IMG/VR virus record: IMGVR_UViG_3300034105_001128
Span: 1 to 64,000 of that record
Source: a virus
Reading direction: 5' to 3' (one strand)
Length of the DNA stretch: 64,000 nucleotides
A program made the position numbers and the translations under genes. Shown piece by piece: positions 17,376-26,953 of this stretch (the stretch's first letter is position 1; each line of letters starts with the position of its first letter). The notes below the pieces were generated by a model, which ran no database searches, had not been told where the DNA came from, and was given only the letters and a program-made list of their open reading frames with translations.

Positions 17376-17430
17376 ATAGCTCCTCCAAATTGTCTTCTGT
17401 TATAATTATAGCGGATAATCTCCGCAAGTG

Positions 17431-18210
17431 CTAATCGCCGCGAGCAGCCCGGCCCATGCCCCAGTTAAGATACTTTAAACGTTCACTTTCATCTGTCATA
17501 CCTAATTTATTAGCCATGTAATGATATCCAGACATTTCTAGCTTTCCTCCACCAATTTTTACGGCATGTAAAACTGCTTTGTGGGCAATATCAACTTTAG
17601 AATCATGTTCTGGGCCTTGATTGCGCCCACCTGATTCGGCAGCAAGATTAATAGTATCTTCAACAGGATTTGAGTTTAATATTGCATCGGCCTGCTCTTG
17701 AATAGTCTTACTTTTACCAGTTACCTTTTTTTTATCAGTTAAGGTAGCGTCTGTAAGTTTAGTTTCTCCACGTACCGGGCGACCACGGCCTTGTACAATT
17801 GGGGCAACTCCACCACCCTCATGAACATCTTTTGCGGCGTTAGCACGTGCAAGAGCTGCGGCAATTGCGTCAGCTGCACGAATATCACTATTTCCTTTAG
17901 AATCATTCCCTATCATCATAGGGGTACCATGTGACTCAGGATCGAAGTTTTCCCGTGCAAAGTGAACATTGCAATAATTTCTATGCTCAGATTCACCATG
18001 AAATTTTACACGAATGTTTGCTGGGTGGCGTTGACGACCCACTTTACATACTTGTGGGTCCGTATTTTTACCAACATCTTTATAGTTTTGTAGGCTTTGA
18101 AATGGCGGCACAACATAATCACCAGTCATCTTGTCTACAACAGTAGACTCTTTTTTCTCAGGATTATTTGTAGTAGTGCTATTTTCTAAATTAAGATCGT
18201 CTTTCGCCAT
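17431..18210 (-). CDS. hypothetical protein
   Basis: 259-aa ORF in operon. Confidence 0.65.
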   Translation of the reverse strand: MAKDDLNLENSTTTNNPEKKESTVVDKMTGDYVVPPFQSLQNYKDVGKNTDPQVCKVGRQRHPANIRVKFHGESEHRNYCNVHFARENFDPESHGTPMMIGNDSKGNSDIRAADAIAAALARANAAKDVHEGGGVAPIVQGRGRPVRGETKLTDATLTDKKKVTGKSKTIQEQADAILNSNPVEDTINLAAESGGRNQGPEHDSKVDIAHKAVLHAVKIGGGKLEMSGYHYMANKLGMTDESERLKYLNWGMGRAARGD

Positions 18211-18212
18211 GG

Positions 18213-18392
18213 TTATTTACCTTTGCGTAGATTGTCTGCGTTCTTCCTAAGTTCTTTGTTATCACGAATGCCGGTAGTACCTGTGGTTTCATCGTCATCT
18301 TGAATGCCGCTAGCCGCTATATTTTTTCTAATTTCTTCAGCAGAAACTACTCCTGTACGGCGAAATGAAGCATTTCTTCCATCTTTATTCAT
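18213..18392 (-). CDS. 59-aa charged protein (not in ORF track)
   Basis: MNKDGRNASFRRTG...RKGK; fills the gap exactly. Confidence 0.55.
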   Translation of the reverse strand: MNKDGRNASFRRTGVVSAEEIRKNIAASGIQDDDETTGTTGIRDNKELRKNADNLRKGK

Positions 18393-18726
18393 TGATGCCC
18401 TTTTTTCTTTCCATAAAATCTGCCATAGAAACTACGTTCTCTGGTAAATGCTCCGTAACACCTGTCTCAAAATGTTCAGGTCGTGTCTGTGTTTGAGGCG
18501 ATTGAACTATGTTCGCGTCTTCATTTGAGGCTGGATCTAAACCTAAATAGGTAGATACTTTGCCTTCCCAAGAACCAAGTTTAGCTCTAGGTTCTTTGGG
18601 AGCAGCCAAATCTTTTTTAATAGGATCTATATAGGTTTGTTTAACGTGATCTACTAATTTAGTTTTTGCGTCAGCAATATTCTTTCTTTGCTGCATATAA
18701 CGTTTAGCAGACCCTTTTTTACCCAT
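18385..18726 (-). CDS. basic hypothetical protein
   Basis: start reassigned to MGKKGSAKRY just after the upstream stop. Confidence 0.6.
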   Translation of the reverse strand: MGKKGSAKRYMQQRKNIADAKTKLVDHVKQTYIDPIKKDLAAPKEPRAKLGSWEGKVSTYLGLDPASNEDANIVQSPQTQTRPEHFETGVTEHLPENVVSMADFMERKKGINE

Positions 18727-18727
18727 C

Positions 18728-19009
18728 TTAGTAGCTTGCGCCCATTTGATTGTTCTCAATGTCTGCAACAGGCATTGAAGAACGTGGCTTTGAGCTTGCG
18801 CCCATTTTGCCTGGCTCTACTTTGTTAGGTGTCTCTTGGTCAATAAACCCATAGTTTTGGAATGGGTGTAGTCCACGACGGTTAGCTAAAGTTATATCGT
18901 CACCAGTGCCTGAAGCAACAGTTGTGTTAGGGCGTACCTTGCGGTACTTGCCATCTGTTGATCCTTCTGATAAGCTTGAATTAAGTGAACCTGATTCGTT
19001 AACTGACAT
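18728..19009 (-). CDS. low-complexity hypothetical protein
   Basis: TAATG overlap; SD GGAG. Confidence 0.65.
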   Translation of the reverse strand: MSVNESGSLNSSLSEGSTDGKYRKVRPNTTVASGTGDDITLANRRGLHPFQNYGFIDQETPNKVEPGKMGASSKPRSSMPVADIENNQMGASY

Positions 19010-19344
19010 TATTTTTTCTCCCAGGTGGTTGCTGAACGAATGCCGTTATTGGCACCAGGCTTGGAGTTTGCATCTAGTTTCTTTCCTGCGTTACGTAAAG
19101 CGTCTTTTCGAGGTAAGCGTTCGCCAGATGCAGCACGACCTGCGTCACCGTATTGGGCCTCATATTTAACATCGGTACGGTCGAGCTCATTTTGGTACTT
19201 CTCTTCCGTAGTAGATTGTGGACCTGCATCACGAAGTGTGCCTGACTTTGCCATTGCGGTAATTTGCGCAACAGTATCTGATCCTCCTCCGGCACGTGAA
19301 GCATTTACTTGCTTACGGTCACGAACATAACTTAATAGTCCCAT
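19009..19344 (-). CDS. hypothetical protein
   Basis: TAATG overlaps on both sides. Confidence 0.65.
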   Translation of the reverse strand: MGLLSYVRDRKQVNASRAGGGSDTVAQITAMAKSGTLRDAGPQSTTEEKYQNELDRTDVKYEAQYGDAGRAASGERLPRKDALRNAGKKLDANSKPGANNGIRSATTWEKK

Positions 19345-19493
19345 TATTTCTTACCAGCTTTCTTTTTAGGTCCTGTCTTATTTGAAGATTTTTTGAGCAT
19401 TTCTTCTCTAGCCTTTTGTTCTGCAGTCTTTACCTTTAAAGGCCTTACTTTGTAGGCAGCTTTACCGCCATCTGGGTTTTTAAGTGTACTCAT
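19344..19493 (-). CDS. 49-aa Lys-rich peptide (not in ORF track)
   Basis: MSTLKNPDGGKAAYKVRPLKVK...KKKAGKK; SD GGGAG. Confidence 0.55.
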   Translation of the reverse strand: MSTLKNPDGGKAAYKVRPLKVKTAEQKAREEMLKKSSNKTGPKKKAGKK

Positions 19494-19524
19494 ATATAAA
19501 TTATCTCCCTATTTCCTTAGAATG

Positions 19525-19686
19525 TCAAGCCATACCGCGTTTAGCGTGGTATGTATATTTAGCGTTTCTACAGTCTGGGCATAGCCCATTATGTGAATAG
19601 ATAGCCTCAAGTGGGGTTAAGAAATGCCCACACTTTGGGCAAAGGGTGCTACCTTCGTATACAGTCTCAGTATTAATATCTTCCAT
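19525..19686 (-). CDS. 53-aa zinc-ribbon protein (not in ORF track)
   Basis: CPKC...CPDC; TAATG overlap. Confidence 0.6.
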   Translation of the reverse strand: MEDINTETVYEGSTLCPKCGHFLTPLEAIYSHNGLCPDCRNAKYTYHAKRGMA

Positions 19687-20045
19687 TACCAAATACTTTC
19701 AGACATATTACGAGCTGTTCCTGTGTAGGAACCCTTTTCTCCGGTAAAGTCTACACGCTCTGGTTGGAATTGGCTGTTTACATCCATTACATCTAAAATA
19801 CCAAGCTCACGAGTTCGGTAGCCAAATCGTGGCGGGAATAGATTTACTTGGGGTAAGGGTGGTCGAACAAGATCTGGAATTAAAGATGCAGGTATAGTTG
19901 CAGACTTTAATGCTCGAGCCATAAATGCTTCTTGAGGATTAGAGAATGGCCCCATGTAATCATAACGAAGTAGCGATGGTTCTGGATCTTCGCTTACAAT
20001 CCCACGGCCCTTACTATGATCATAGACTCCATCTTGATTCATCAT
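19686..20045 (-). CDS. hypothetical protein
   Basis: ATGA overlap. Confidence 0.65.
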   Translation of the reverse strand: MMNQDGVYDHSKGRGIVSEDPEPSLLRYDYMGPFSNPQEAFMARALKSATIPASLIPDLVRPPLPQVNLFPPRFGYRTRELGILDVMDVNSQFQPERVDFTGEKGSYTGTARNMSESIW

Positions 20046-20755
20046 GGACGAGTACGACCACGTCTAGCTGAGGGGAGTCCTGGTCCTTCTCCTACAGGAA
20101 CAAGATTTCCACTTCTACGTGCACCTTCTAAACTAGAACCAAAAGATGTTCCAGAAGTTGCCTCGCCTGTGGGCATAACACGACCATGTGGTGCGTACTC
20201 CATTCGAAGATGAATGTCTTTATGTCCTGGATGATCTTGGTTCCACAAGTGTCCTGGATTTTCACCGTTGTTACGGCGTCCCTGAATACTTTCGCGTTCT
20301 TGCGCTAATTCACCTGAAAGTTTTTTATGCATGCCGCCCCATCTAACTTGGGCCGCATCTTTTGCAGATTTATCTTTTCCAACTTTTAATAGGCTAGCTA
20401 AATGATTTACAACGTGCTCTTTACTATACCATGTGCGTGTTGTATCTCGTGCACCTTGACCCTTGTGTTCAATAAACTGTGGGATTGCAGAGTATGAAAC
20501 TCCTTTAGAGTTATTTGGACCAATACCAAAAATATTTCCTACTTCATGGTTAGACATAAGTCCTATACCATTGTGGTCTAAAGGTACTCCTTTAGCAAAT
20601 GATGGCCTATCACCAAGTGTCCATGGTCGTGGGAACTGAGTATCCCCATCAGAAGGGGCAGCTGGAGCAGGAATAATAGGTGCAGCGGCTTCAATATCTG
20701 CCCACGGAGTTAACTCACGATTTCTACTGCGTCTTTGATTTACTTCGTCTGCCAT
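20042..20755 (-). CDS. hypothetical protein
   Basis: TAATG overlap at 20755. Confidence 0.65.
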   Translation of the reverse strand: MADEVNQRRSRNRELTPWADIEAAAPIIPAPAAPSDGDTQFPRPWTLGDRPSFAKGVPLDHNGIGLMSNHEVGNIFGIGPNNSKGVSYSAIPQFIEHKGQGARDTTRTWYSKEHVVNHLASLLKVGKDKSAKDAAQVRWGGMHKKLSGELAQERESIQGRRNNGENPGHLWNQDHPGHKDIHLRMEYAPHGRVMPTGEATSGTSFGSSLEGARRSGNLVPVGEGPGLPSARRGRTRP

Positions 20756-21291
20756 TATTTCCACCTAGGTTTCAAATGCTGAAAGTATTGTGCTGTACGG
20801 GGATTAAATTCTGCGGGTATGTTAGCTGATACATCAGCCTTACCATCGTTAACAAGGTGCGGTGCGGGCACCAACTCTTGATCTGGGGCATAACGCGCTG
20901 TGATCATAACTAATGATCCATCATTATCTATTTGCTTAAACATCTTAGGGTTTACGCGACGATCTGGTTCTAAACCTTCAGGCCACATATACTGTGCTGG
21001 ATCAATACGCTCACCTTTGTGGACACCACGTTGATATGCACGCTGGTTCTGTCTATTCTTTAATGAGTCCAGTACTGTATCTGTACCGTTACCCTTATCA
21101 TCACGACGTGAACGAATGGTTCCTAAATAACCATCTGGATATTCTGCTTGGGGAGCACGGCCTACACCTAAACGGGCAAAGTCCATACCGCTACGTGGAA
21201 CGATGGGAGTACCGCCACCACCTGTGGTGGTGTACGCTCCGATATAACCGCTAGCACCTAGGTACTGCCAGTTTTGATGTGACTGAGGCAT
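20755..21291 (-). CDS. hypothetical protein
   Basis: 178-aa ORF in operon. Confidence 0.7.
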   Translation of the reverse strand: MPQSHQNWQYLGASGYIGAYTTTGGGGTPIVPRSGMDFARLGVGRAPQAEYPDGYLGTIRSRRDDKGNGTDTVLDSLKNRQNQRAYQRGVHKGERIDPAQYMWPEGLEPDRRVNPKMFKQIDNDGSLVMITARYAPDQELVPAPHLVNDGKADVSANIPAEFNPRTAQYFQHLKPRWK

Positions 21292-21293
21292 AG

Positions 21294-21524
21294 TTAAGCA
21301 ATCCTATCAGAAACTATATGCTTTCCCAAAATATTCATGTGAATGCTATCTCCCACAGGCTGATTGCAATGCCCACAGTTACCGCCTGAAGTTTTAGAAA
21401 TATCAGGTACAAAATCACTTACAACTCTTTTAACAGTGTCTGCGTGTTCTGGACCAAAAGGTTTGGAACGTGAGGCATCACCTTTACGGTTAGGGTCATT
21501 AGATCTATCATTAGCCATGACCAC
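21294..21524 (-). CDS. hypothetical protein with CxxC
   Basis: CGHC; tiles with downstream ORF. Confidence 0.55.
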   Translation of the reverse strand: MVMANDRSNDPNRKGDASRSKPFGPEHADTVKRVVSDFVPDISKTSGGNCGHCNQPVGDSIHMNILGKHIVSDRIA

Positions 21525-21541
21525 ATAATACCCTGAAATGC

Positions 21542-21566
21542 AAAAAACCGGAGGGTGTACCTCCGG
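21542..21566 (-). terminator. intrinsic terminator
   Basis: CCGGAGG/CCTCCGG stem followed by T6 on - strand. Confidence 0.7.
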
Positions 21567-21587
21567 CCTTTTACATCTTAAACTAAA

Positions 21588-21782
21588 TTACTTTGAGGCC
21601 CCAATACCAATGGACTTATCCTTTGGGTTAACAGCCTTAGCCAGTGGACCCACCAGACCGGCAATAAATGCGTTAAGCAGGGTCTTTGGATCTGTAATGC
21701 CGCTCATATACAGGGCTGCTACAGCTGCTGCTGAAGCGCGAAGATAAGAACCAAGTGCGTTTTGCAATGTTTTGATGTCCAT
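21588..21782 (-). CDS. putative holin (2 TM)
   Basis: SYLRA..AAVAALY...GPLAKAVNPKD pattern of small actinophage membrane proteins; SD AAGGAG. Confidence 0.55.
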   Translation of the reverse strand: MDIKTLQNALGSYLRASAAAVAALYMSGITDPKTLLNAFIAGLVGPLAKAVNPKDKSIGIGASK

Positions 21783-21841
21783 GTTTCTCCTTGTTAGATA
21801 TGTACCCTTTTAAGGGCCTATTAATTATTATATACGAAAAG

Positions 21842-22495
21842 CTAAGCGGACGCAACTCCAAGATCACGCATTAATTCATTGTAGGCTACACGCTTTCCAT
21901 AGTAATCCACCTCAAAAGTATCGTCAAAAGCTGACTTAAACTCCTGTGAATGAAGAGCGGCGTTAAAGTCCCTACATACCGTATCACTTGCGGAAGCTTG
22001 TTCAACAAACCGCGTTAAGGGACAAGGCCAGTTATTTAAATCACCAGTTAAATAGTCTTCATCTTTTAGATTTTTTATAATTATTTCAAGATTTTTTGAG
22101 TTTTTACCCACAGCATAATTACAATTATTATACTTAAGATGACCTGGTTGAGAAGCTGCTAAAAGGTCATGGTCACACTGTAAGATATCAAACGCGTAGT
22201 CTAAAGGAGACTTACATACAGAGTCCATATCCGCATACACCCCACCATATTTATAGGTTACTAAGTATCTCCATATATCTCCTTGAGTTATAGGAGCTAA
22301 TTTCTCATAATGGGTGTACAGAACAGGATCTTCTGTTTTTACAAATTCTGCCCTGTCTATATGATTAACGTACTTATACTGCCAGGTTGGATTTAGATTT
22401 ATCCAAGTCTGTGTTACTTGCTTTAAATGTTTTGGTAATTCTTCGTACAGGTAATTATGTGTTTGCCAGATTATCTTAGGGACATCTTTAGGCAT
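21842..22495 (-). CDS. GT32/Gly_transf_sug DXD glycosyltransferase
   Basis: PKIIWQT, NPTW, DIWRY..YKYGGVYADMD. Confidence 0.88.
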   Translation of the reverse strand: MPKDVPKIIWQTHNYLYEELPKHLKQVTQTWINLNPTWQYKYVNHIDRAEFVKTEDPVLYTHYEKLAPITQGDIWRYLVTYKYGGVYADMDSVCKSPLDYAFDILQCDHDLLAASQPGHLKYNNCNYAVGKNSKNLEIIIKNLKDEDYLTGDLNNWPCPLTRFVEQASASDTVCRDFNAALHSQEFKSAFDDTFEVDYYGKRVAYNELMRDLGVASA

Positions 22496-22502
22496 AATAA
22501 AA

Positions 22503-22775
22503 TTACTTTGACTTAGCGATGTAATCTAAAAGAATGTCATACATGCGATCTAGTTTTTCTTTCATAGCTTTATGATCTTCTTTCATTTGCTTGCGACTTG
22601 CATCTGCTTCAGTAATACGATTCTCAAGTCTTGAAATTTGGTCTTTCATTGATGAGCCTGAATTAGGCTTGAGTTCGCTTAAATAGTGTTTTACAAGAAA
22701 TTTAATCCCGCCTGCCATAATACCAACTATGGTTAAAACACTTAACAGCAATGCTGCCCAGTCTTGTACGGTCAT
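22503..22775 (-). CDS. single-TM coiled-coil membrane protein
   Basis: N-terminal TM then ELKPNSGSSMKD and coiled coil. Confidence 0.7.
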   Translation of the reverse strand: MTVQDWAALLLSVLTIVGIMAGGIKFLVKHYLSELKPNSGSSMKDQISRLENRITEADASRKQMKEDHKAMKEKLDRMYDILLDYIAKSK

Positions 22776-22873
22776 GTAAGCTCCGGTAGTTGTGGTGACA
22801 ATGTGTAAACTATGCCGCATAGAATACACCTTGTAATGCTAAACTATGAGCATAGTAAGAAGGAGATCATTGA

Positions 22874-25579
22874 TTGAATAGAAAATTAAGAATATTTGCA
22901 GCCTTCCTGATATCAACAGGATGGCTTTTTGCTGTACCTACCGAAGCGCATGCAGTAGAAGGCTTGACTGCCCAAGTGTATAATGTACAAGGCCAAAATA
23001 ATGCCCCCTATATTCCTCAAGGGGCATCTCCAATATTAACAATAAATGTTCCAAATATCAACTTTCAATGGGGCTCTGGTAGTGTTCTTGGTGGACCATC
23101 AGAAGACGTTATAGTTAGATTTACTGGATCAATTCTTAGTAACACGACTCAAAATATATCATTTTTAGCAACAGCAGACGATGGAACAAGGATCTACATT
23201 GATGGTGCTTTGATAGCAGATGATTGGTTTGACAAAGGTGGTGGGGGAACTACAAGCTCTCCAGTAGCCTTTACAGCAGGAGTCCCAAAGACCATAGAGT
23301 TAATGTACTACGAAAATGGTGGAGGAGCAAATGTATTCTTACATTGGGATCAATCTGGGTCTATGGATATTATTCCGGCAGAAGCATTTACTTCACAGGC
23401 AGCACCAGTAGTAAAAACTATAGGTGCTCCAAGAAATCTTACAGTAACAGATGGGGCTACCGCAACAGTATTAACTTGGGATGCCCCAGATACTGGTAAT
23501 ACTCAGCCAGAAAGATACGCGATAGGGCTTAACACTCAAGGACAAAATGGTTGGGGTATTGCTACTGGAAATGTTGGTGGCCCAAATTCTTTAAGTACCA
23601 CAATAACAATTGAGCATTCACTACTTGAAAGCTTAATGCCAAGTGGAACTATCTGGTCATTTCATATTAGATCAGATAATGATACATTAGCGGTTTACTC
23701 TGAAATATCTAATGTTGTAACTCTTAAAATTGGAAAGACTGCAGAAGAACTTGCTGCAGAGCAGGCAGCAGCTGAGGCCGCAATTGCAGCCGCTACTGCA
23801 GAAGTGGCACGACTAGCTGAAGTAGCGAGATTAGCTGAAGTAGCAAGACTAGCTGAAGTAGCGAGACTAGCAGAAGAAGCAAGGCTTGCTGAGGTAGCGA
23901 GATTAGCAGAGATAGCAAGATTAGCCGAAGTGGCTAGACTTCAAGCAGAAGCAGCAGCACTGTTAGCAGCGCAGCAAGAAGAGGCAAGAATTGCAGCCGC
24001 TACAGCAGAGGCTGCTCGTCTTGCTGAAGTTGCTAGACTTGCAGAGGTAGCAAGATTAGCAGAAGTTGAAAGGCTCGCAGAGATTGCTAGAGTAGCAGAA
24101 GCGGCAAGATTGGCAGAGATAGCGAGACTTGCCGAAGAGGCTAGACTTGCTGAGGTTGCAAGATTAGCGGAAGCAGAGAGAGTTGAGGCCGAAAGAATTG
24201 CAGCTGCTACCGCTGAGGTTGCACGATTGGCTGAGATAGCTAGACTCGCTGAAGTTGCCAGGTTAGCAGAGGTCGAAAGACTTGCCGAGATAGCAAGACT
24301 TGCAGAAGCTGCGAGATTAGTTGAAGTCGCTAGAGTAGCAGAAGAGGCCAGACTTGCAGAAGTTGCTAGACTGGCAGAAGCTGAAAGACTCGAAGCTGAA
24401 AGAATAGCAGCAGTGACTGAAGCTGCTCGTGTAGCAGCCGAAGCAGAAGCTGCCCGTATAGCCGCTGAGGTTGAAGCCGCAAGAATAGCGGCAGAGGTAG
24501 CAGCAAAAGCGGAAGCCGACAGAATTGCTGCAGAAGAAGCTGCAAGAGAAGAAGCAAGAATTAAAGCAGAGGCCGAGGCAAAAGCCGAGGCAGAGCGCAT
24601 CGCAGCTGAGATTGAAGCAGCAAGAATTCAAGCAGAGATAGAAGCCAAGGCCGAGGCAGACCGTATTGCAGCGGAGGTTGCAGCAGCGGAGGCAAAGGCA
24701 GAAGCCGAGGCAAAGGCTGAAGCTGATCGTATAGCGGCAGAGGCAGCAGCTAAGGCTGAAGAAGAAAGATTAGCAGCAGAAGCCAAGGCCAAGGCCGAGG
24801 CAGAAGAAGCGGCAGCTAAAGCAGAAGCTAAGGCCAAAGCTGAAGCAGAGGCAAAAGCAGCTGAAGAGGCTCGCTTAAAGGCAGAGGCTGAGGCTAAGGC
24901 CAAGGCAGAAGCTGACAGACTTGCTGCTGAAGCAGCCGCTAAGGCAGAAGCTGATCGTTTAGCAGCCGAAGCTGCTGCCAAAGCAAAAGCAGAGGCCGAT
25001 AAGGCTGCAGCTGAGGCTGCTGCTAAAGCAGAATCTGAAAGACTAGCAGCTGAGAAAGCTGCTGCTGAAAAGGCTGCTCTAGAAGAGGCTGCTAAAGCCG
25101 GAACTCTTACAGAAGCTCAGAAGGAAGTTGTTGTAGAGCAGCTTATATCTGATTTACAGCCTGGAGAATCCGTATCTGCTGAGGCTATACAGGCTGCTGG
25201 CATCGAATATAAGGATCTTCCTGCTGAGACTCCTGTCGAGGTTAGGCAGGATGAAAACGGTAATGAAGTTATAATTACAGCAGACGTTGCTGCAGCCCTC
25301 GTATTACTAGAGAACCCTGCGGAATTAATTGGCGAATTATTTAGTGACCCTGGTCAAGCCCTTCAAGCACTCGGCAGTATCGGTGCTGATATGTCTACAG
25401 AAGAACGTGAAGAAGCAACTGAAATGGTTGTTGCTACAGTAATTGCAGCCGGAGCTGCAATGAACGCTGTATCAGCCGCAGGTGGAACTACATCCGGTGG
25501 ATCTACAGGTGGTGGGGGCGGAGGAGGAGGCGGTGGCGCCTCTGGTGAGTCAAAAGGAATAAGGAGACGTAAACCTTGA
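22874..25579 (+). CDS. secreted/surface PA14 + FN3 domain protein with long Ala/Glu/Arg helical stalk
   Basis: signal peptide ending AHA; PA14 motifs ADDG and YYENGGGA; FN3 APRNL..LTWDAP; AEVARL repeats. Confidence 0.82.
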   Translation: MNRKLRIFAAFLISTGWLFAVPTEAHAVEGLTAQVYNVQGQNNAPYIPQGASPILTINVPNINFQWGSGSVLGGPSEDVIVRFTGSILSNTTQNISFLATADDGTRIYIDGALIADDWFDKGGGGTTSSPVAFTAGVPKTIELMYYENGGGANVFLHWDQSGSMDIIPAEAFTSQAAPVVKTIGAPRNLTVTDGATATVLTWDAPDTGNTQPERYAIGLNTQGQNGWGIATGNVGGPNSLSTTITIEHSLLESLMPSGTIWSFHIRSDNDTLAVYSEISNVVTLKIGKTAEELAAEQAAAEAAIAAATAEVARLAEVARLAEVARLAEVARLAEEARLAEVARLAEIARLAEVARLQAEAAALLAAQQEEARIAAATAEAARLAEVARLAEVARLAEVERLAEIARVAEAARLAEIARLAEEARLAEVARLAEAERVEAERIAAATAEVARLAEIARLAEVARLAEVERLAEIARLAEAARLVEVARVAEEARLAEVARLAEAERLEAERIAAVTEAARVAAEAEAARIAAEVEAARIAAEVAAKAEADRIAAEEAAREEARIKAEAEAKAEAERIAAEIEAARIQAEIEAKAEADRIAAEVAAAEAKAEAEAKAEADRIAAEAAAKAEEERLAAEAKAKAEAEEAAAKAEAKAKAEAEAKAAEEARLKAEAEAKAKAEADRLAAEAAAKAEADRLAAEAAAKAKAEADKAAAEAAAKAESERLAAEKAAAEKAALEEAAKAGTLTEAQKEVVVEQLISDLQPGESVSAEAIQAAGIEYKDLPAETPVEVRQDENGNEVIITADVAAALVLLENPAELIGELFSDPGQALQALGSIGADMSTEEREEATEMVVATVIAAGAAMNAVSAAGGTTSGGSTGGGGGGGGGGASGESKGIRRRKP
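23797..24400 (+). repeat. degenerate 18-bp tandem repeat encoding AE[V/I/E/A]ARL (about 28 units, three blocks)
   Basis: visible in DNA and protein; synonymous variation between units. Confidence 0.9.
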
Positions 25580-25746
25580 GAGTATTAAGAGATATGGTTG
25601 ACCAACTATGGACATTGTTAGGCATGTTTATTGCCTGGGTTGTCCTTGATGGATCTGCAAAGACTATTGTTGGCTATGCAATCATGGGCACATTATTTGC
25701 CTGGGCAGTTACTTACCCCCTTCGTAACCCAAAGGACGAAGAATGA
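25576..25746 (+). CDS. 56-aa two-TM membrane protein (not in ORF track)
   Basis: SD AAGGAG; [29 protein letters not shown]...; overlaps both neighbours. Confidence 0.7.
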   Translation: MRVLRDMVDQLWTLLGMFIAWVVLDGSAKTIVGYAIMGTLFAWAVTYPLRNPKDEE

Positions 25747-25949
25747 AAAAAATTGGATATATACTAGCTGCTTTGTTGTTGGCTAGCTCATTAACAAGCT
25801 GTGGGTATAGTGGATTCTTCAGATATCCTTGCCAAGACCCAAAAAACTGGGAAACAGCTGAATGTAAACCACCTATTTGTACCGCAAGTCAGACTTGTCC
25901 TGTAGACTTAGTCAAGACCACTCAACCAGAAGGAACACCAAATGTTTAA
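25743..25949 (+). CDS. small lipoprotein
   Basis: lipobox LTSC; four further Cys. Confidence 0.75.
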   Translation: MKKIGYILAALLLASSLTSCGYSGFFRYPCQDPKNWETAECKPPICTASQTCPVDLVKTTQPEGTPNV

Positions 25950-26352
25950 AGAAAAGCTAACACCACAAGATCTAGATGCTAGATTAAAGTTTATTCTAGG
26001 TATCACATTAGGAACCATCCTATTATGTACATCCCTTGGCATTCTTTACGGCCTTTTATTTGTAACACAGCCAATCGGCGCACAATCAGAGAATGACAAG
26101 ATGTTCTTCAATGTTCTTGGAAGCATTGCTACTTTTATTACAGGTACCCTTGCTGGTATCTTAATTGGTCAATCTGGTGCTAAAGATGTTATGGCAGCAC
26201 AGTTGTCAAACAAAGAGATGGATGCTAAGAACACACAAGCTGACAAAAAGCTTGAGGCAGAAATTGATGCTACAGCAGCACGTCTTGCAGCAAAGCCAGA
26301 TGGTGCAACTCCAGAAATACAGCCAGTTGATACAGATTGGGATAAAGAATAA
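25942..26352 (+). CDS. two-TM membrane protein (holin candidate)
   Basis: two hydrophobic helices; TAATG-coupled to endolysin. Confidence 0.65.
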   Translation: MFKEKLTPQDLDARLKFILGITLGTILLCTSLGILYGLLFVTQPIGAQSENDKMFFNVLGSIATFITGTLAGILIGQSGAKDVMAAQLSNKEMDAKNTQADKKLEAEIDATAARLAAKPDGATPEIQPVDTDWDKE

Positions 26353-26912
26353 TGGCAGACCAGGGAACAGCAGAACGCCTTATTGAAGTTGCTAAGGCAG
26401 AACTAGGAACTATTGAAGGTCCTAAAGACAATGAAACAAAGTACGGTAAGTACACTAAAGCTAACTTCCAACCATGGTGTGGAAGCTTTATTAACTGGTG
26501 TGCAAACGAAGCTGGGGTAAAAGTACCTAACACTGTTTACACTCCAGGTGGAGCGCAGGCATTTAAGAAGGCTGGTCAATGGATTGATGGCGACATCGCA
26601 GATCCAGAACCAGGCGATATCGTTTACTTTGATTTCCCATCAGACGGTGTAGATCGTATCTCTCACGTAGGTATTGTTGTAAAAGACAATGAAGACGGAA
26701 CTGTCTGGTGTATTGAAGGAAACACATCTTCTAAGAAGTCTGGAAGCCAACGAAATGGCGGAGAAGTTTGCAAACAACTTCGTGCTTTTAAGAAGAACAA
26801 GGCTGGAGTAATGATTTCTATTGTTGGCTTTGGTCGCCCTAAGTTTAAGAAAGCTGCTACTGCTGTCAGCCCAGCTGCCACTACAGTTAAGTGCCCTACT
26901 TGCGGTAAGTAA
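26352..26912 (+). CDS. CHAP-domain endolysin
   Basis: QPWCGSF (Cys), PGDIVYF, SHVGIV (His), IEGN. Confidence 0.88.
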   Translation: MADQGTAERLIEVAKAELGTIEGPKDNETKYGKYTKANFQPWCGSFINWCANEAGVKVPNTVYTPGGAQAFKKAGQWIDGDIADPEPGDIVYFDFPSDGVDRISHVGIVVKDNEDGTVWCIEGNTSSKKSGSQRNGGEVCKQLRAFKKNKAGVMISIVGFGRPKFKKAATAVSPAATTVKCPTCGK

Positions 26913-26923
26913 TTACAAATAAG

Positions 26924-26952
26924 AAAGCCCCCCAATTACGGGGGGCTTTTTT
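26924..26952. terminator. bidirectional terminator
   Basis: AAAGCCCCCC-aattac-GGGGGGCTTTTTT between convergent genes. Confidence 0.8.
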
Positions 26953-26953
26953 A

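Noticed and set aside
23797-24400. Tandem repeat as a possible CRISPR array
   Set aside because: Degenerate 18-bp in-frame coding units without unique spacers.
23941-24981. Long - strand Ala/Ser-rich ORFs (219, 104, 117 aa)
   Set aside because: Antisense shadows of the [11 protein letters not shown] repeat, with no SD or independent features.
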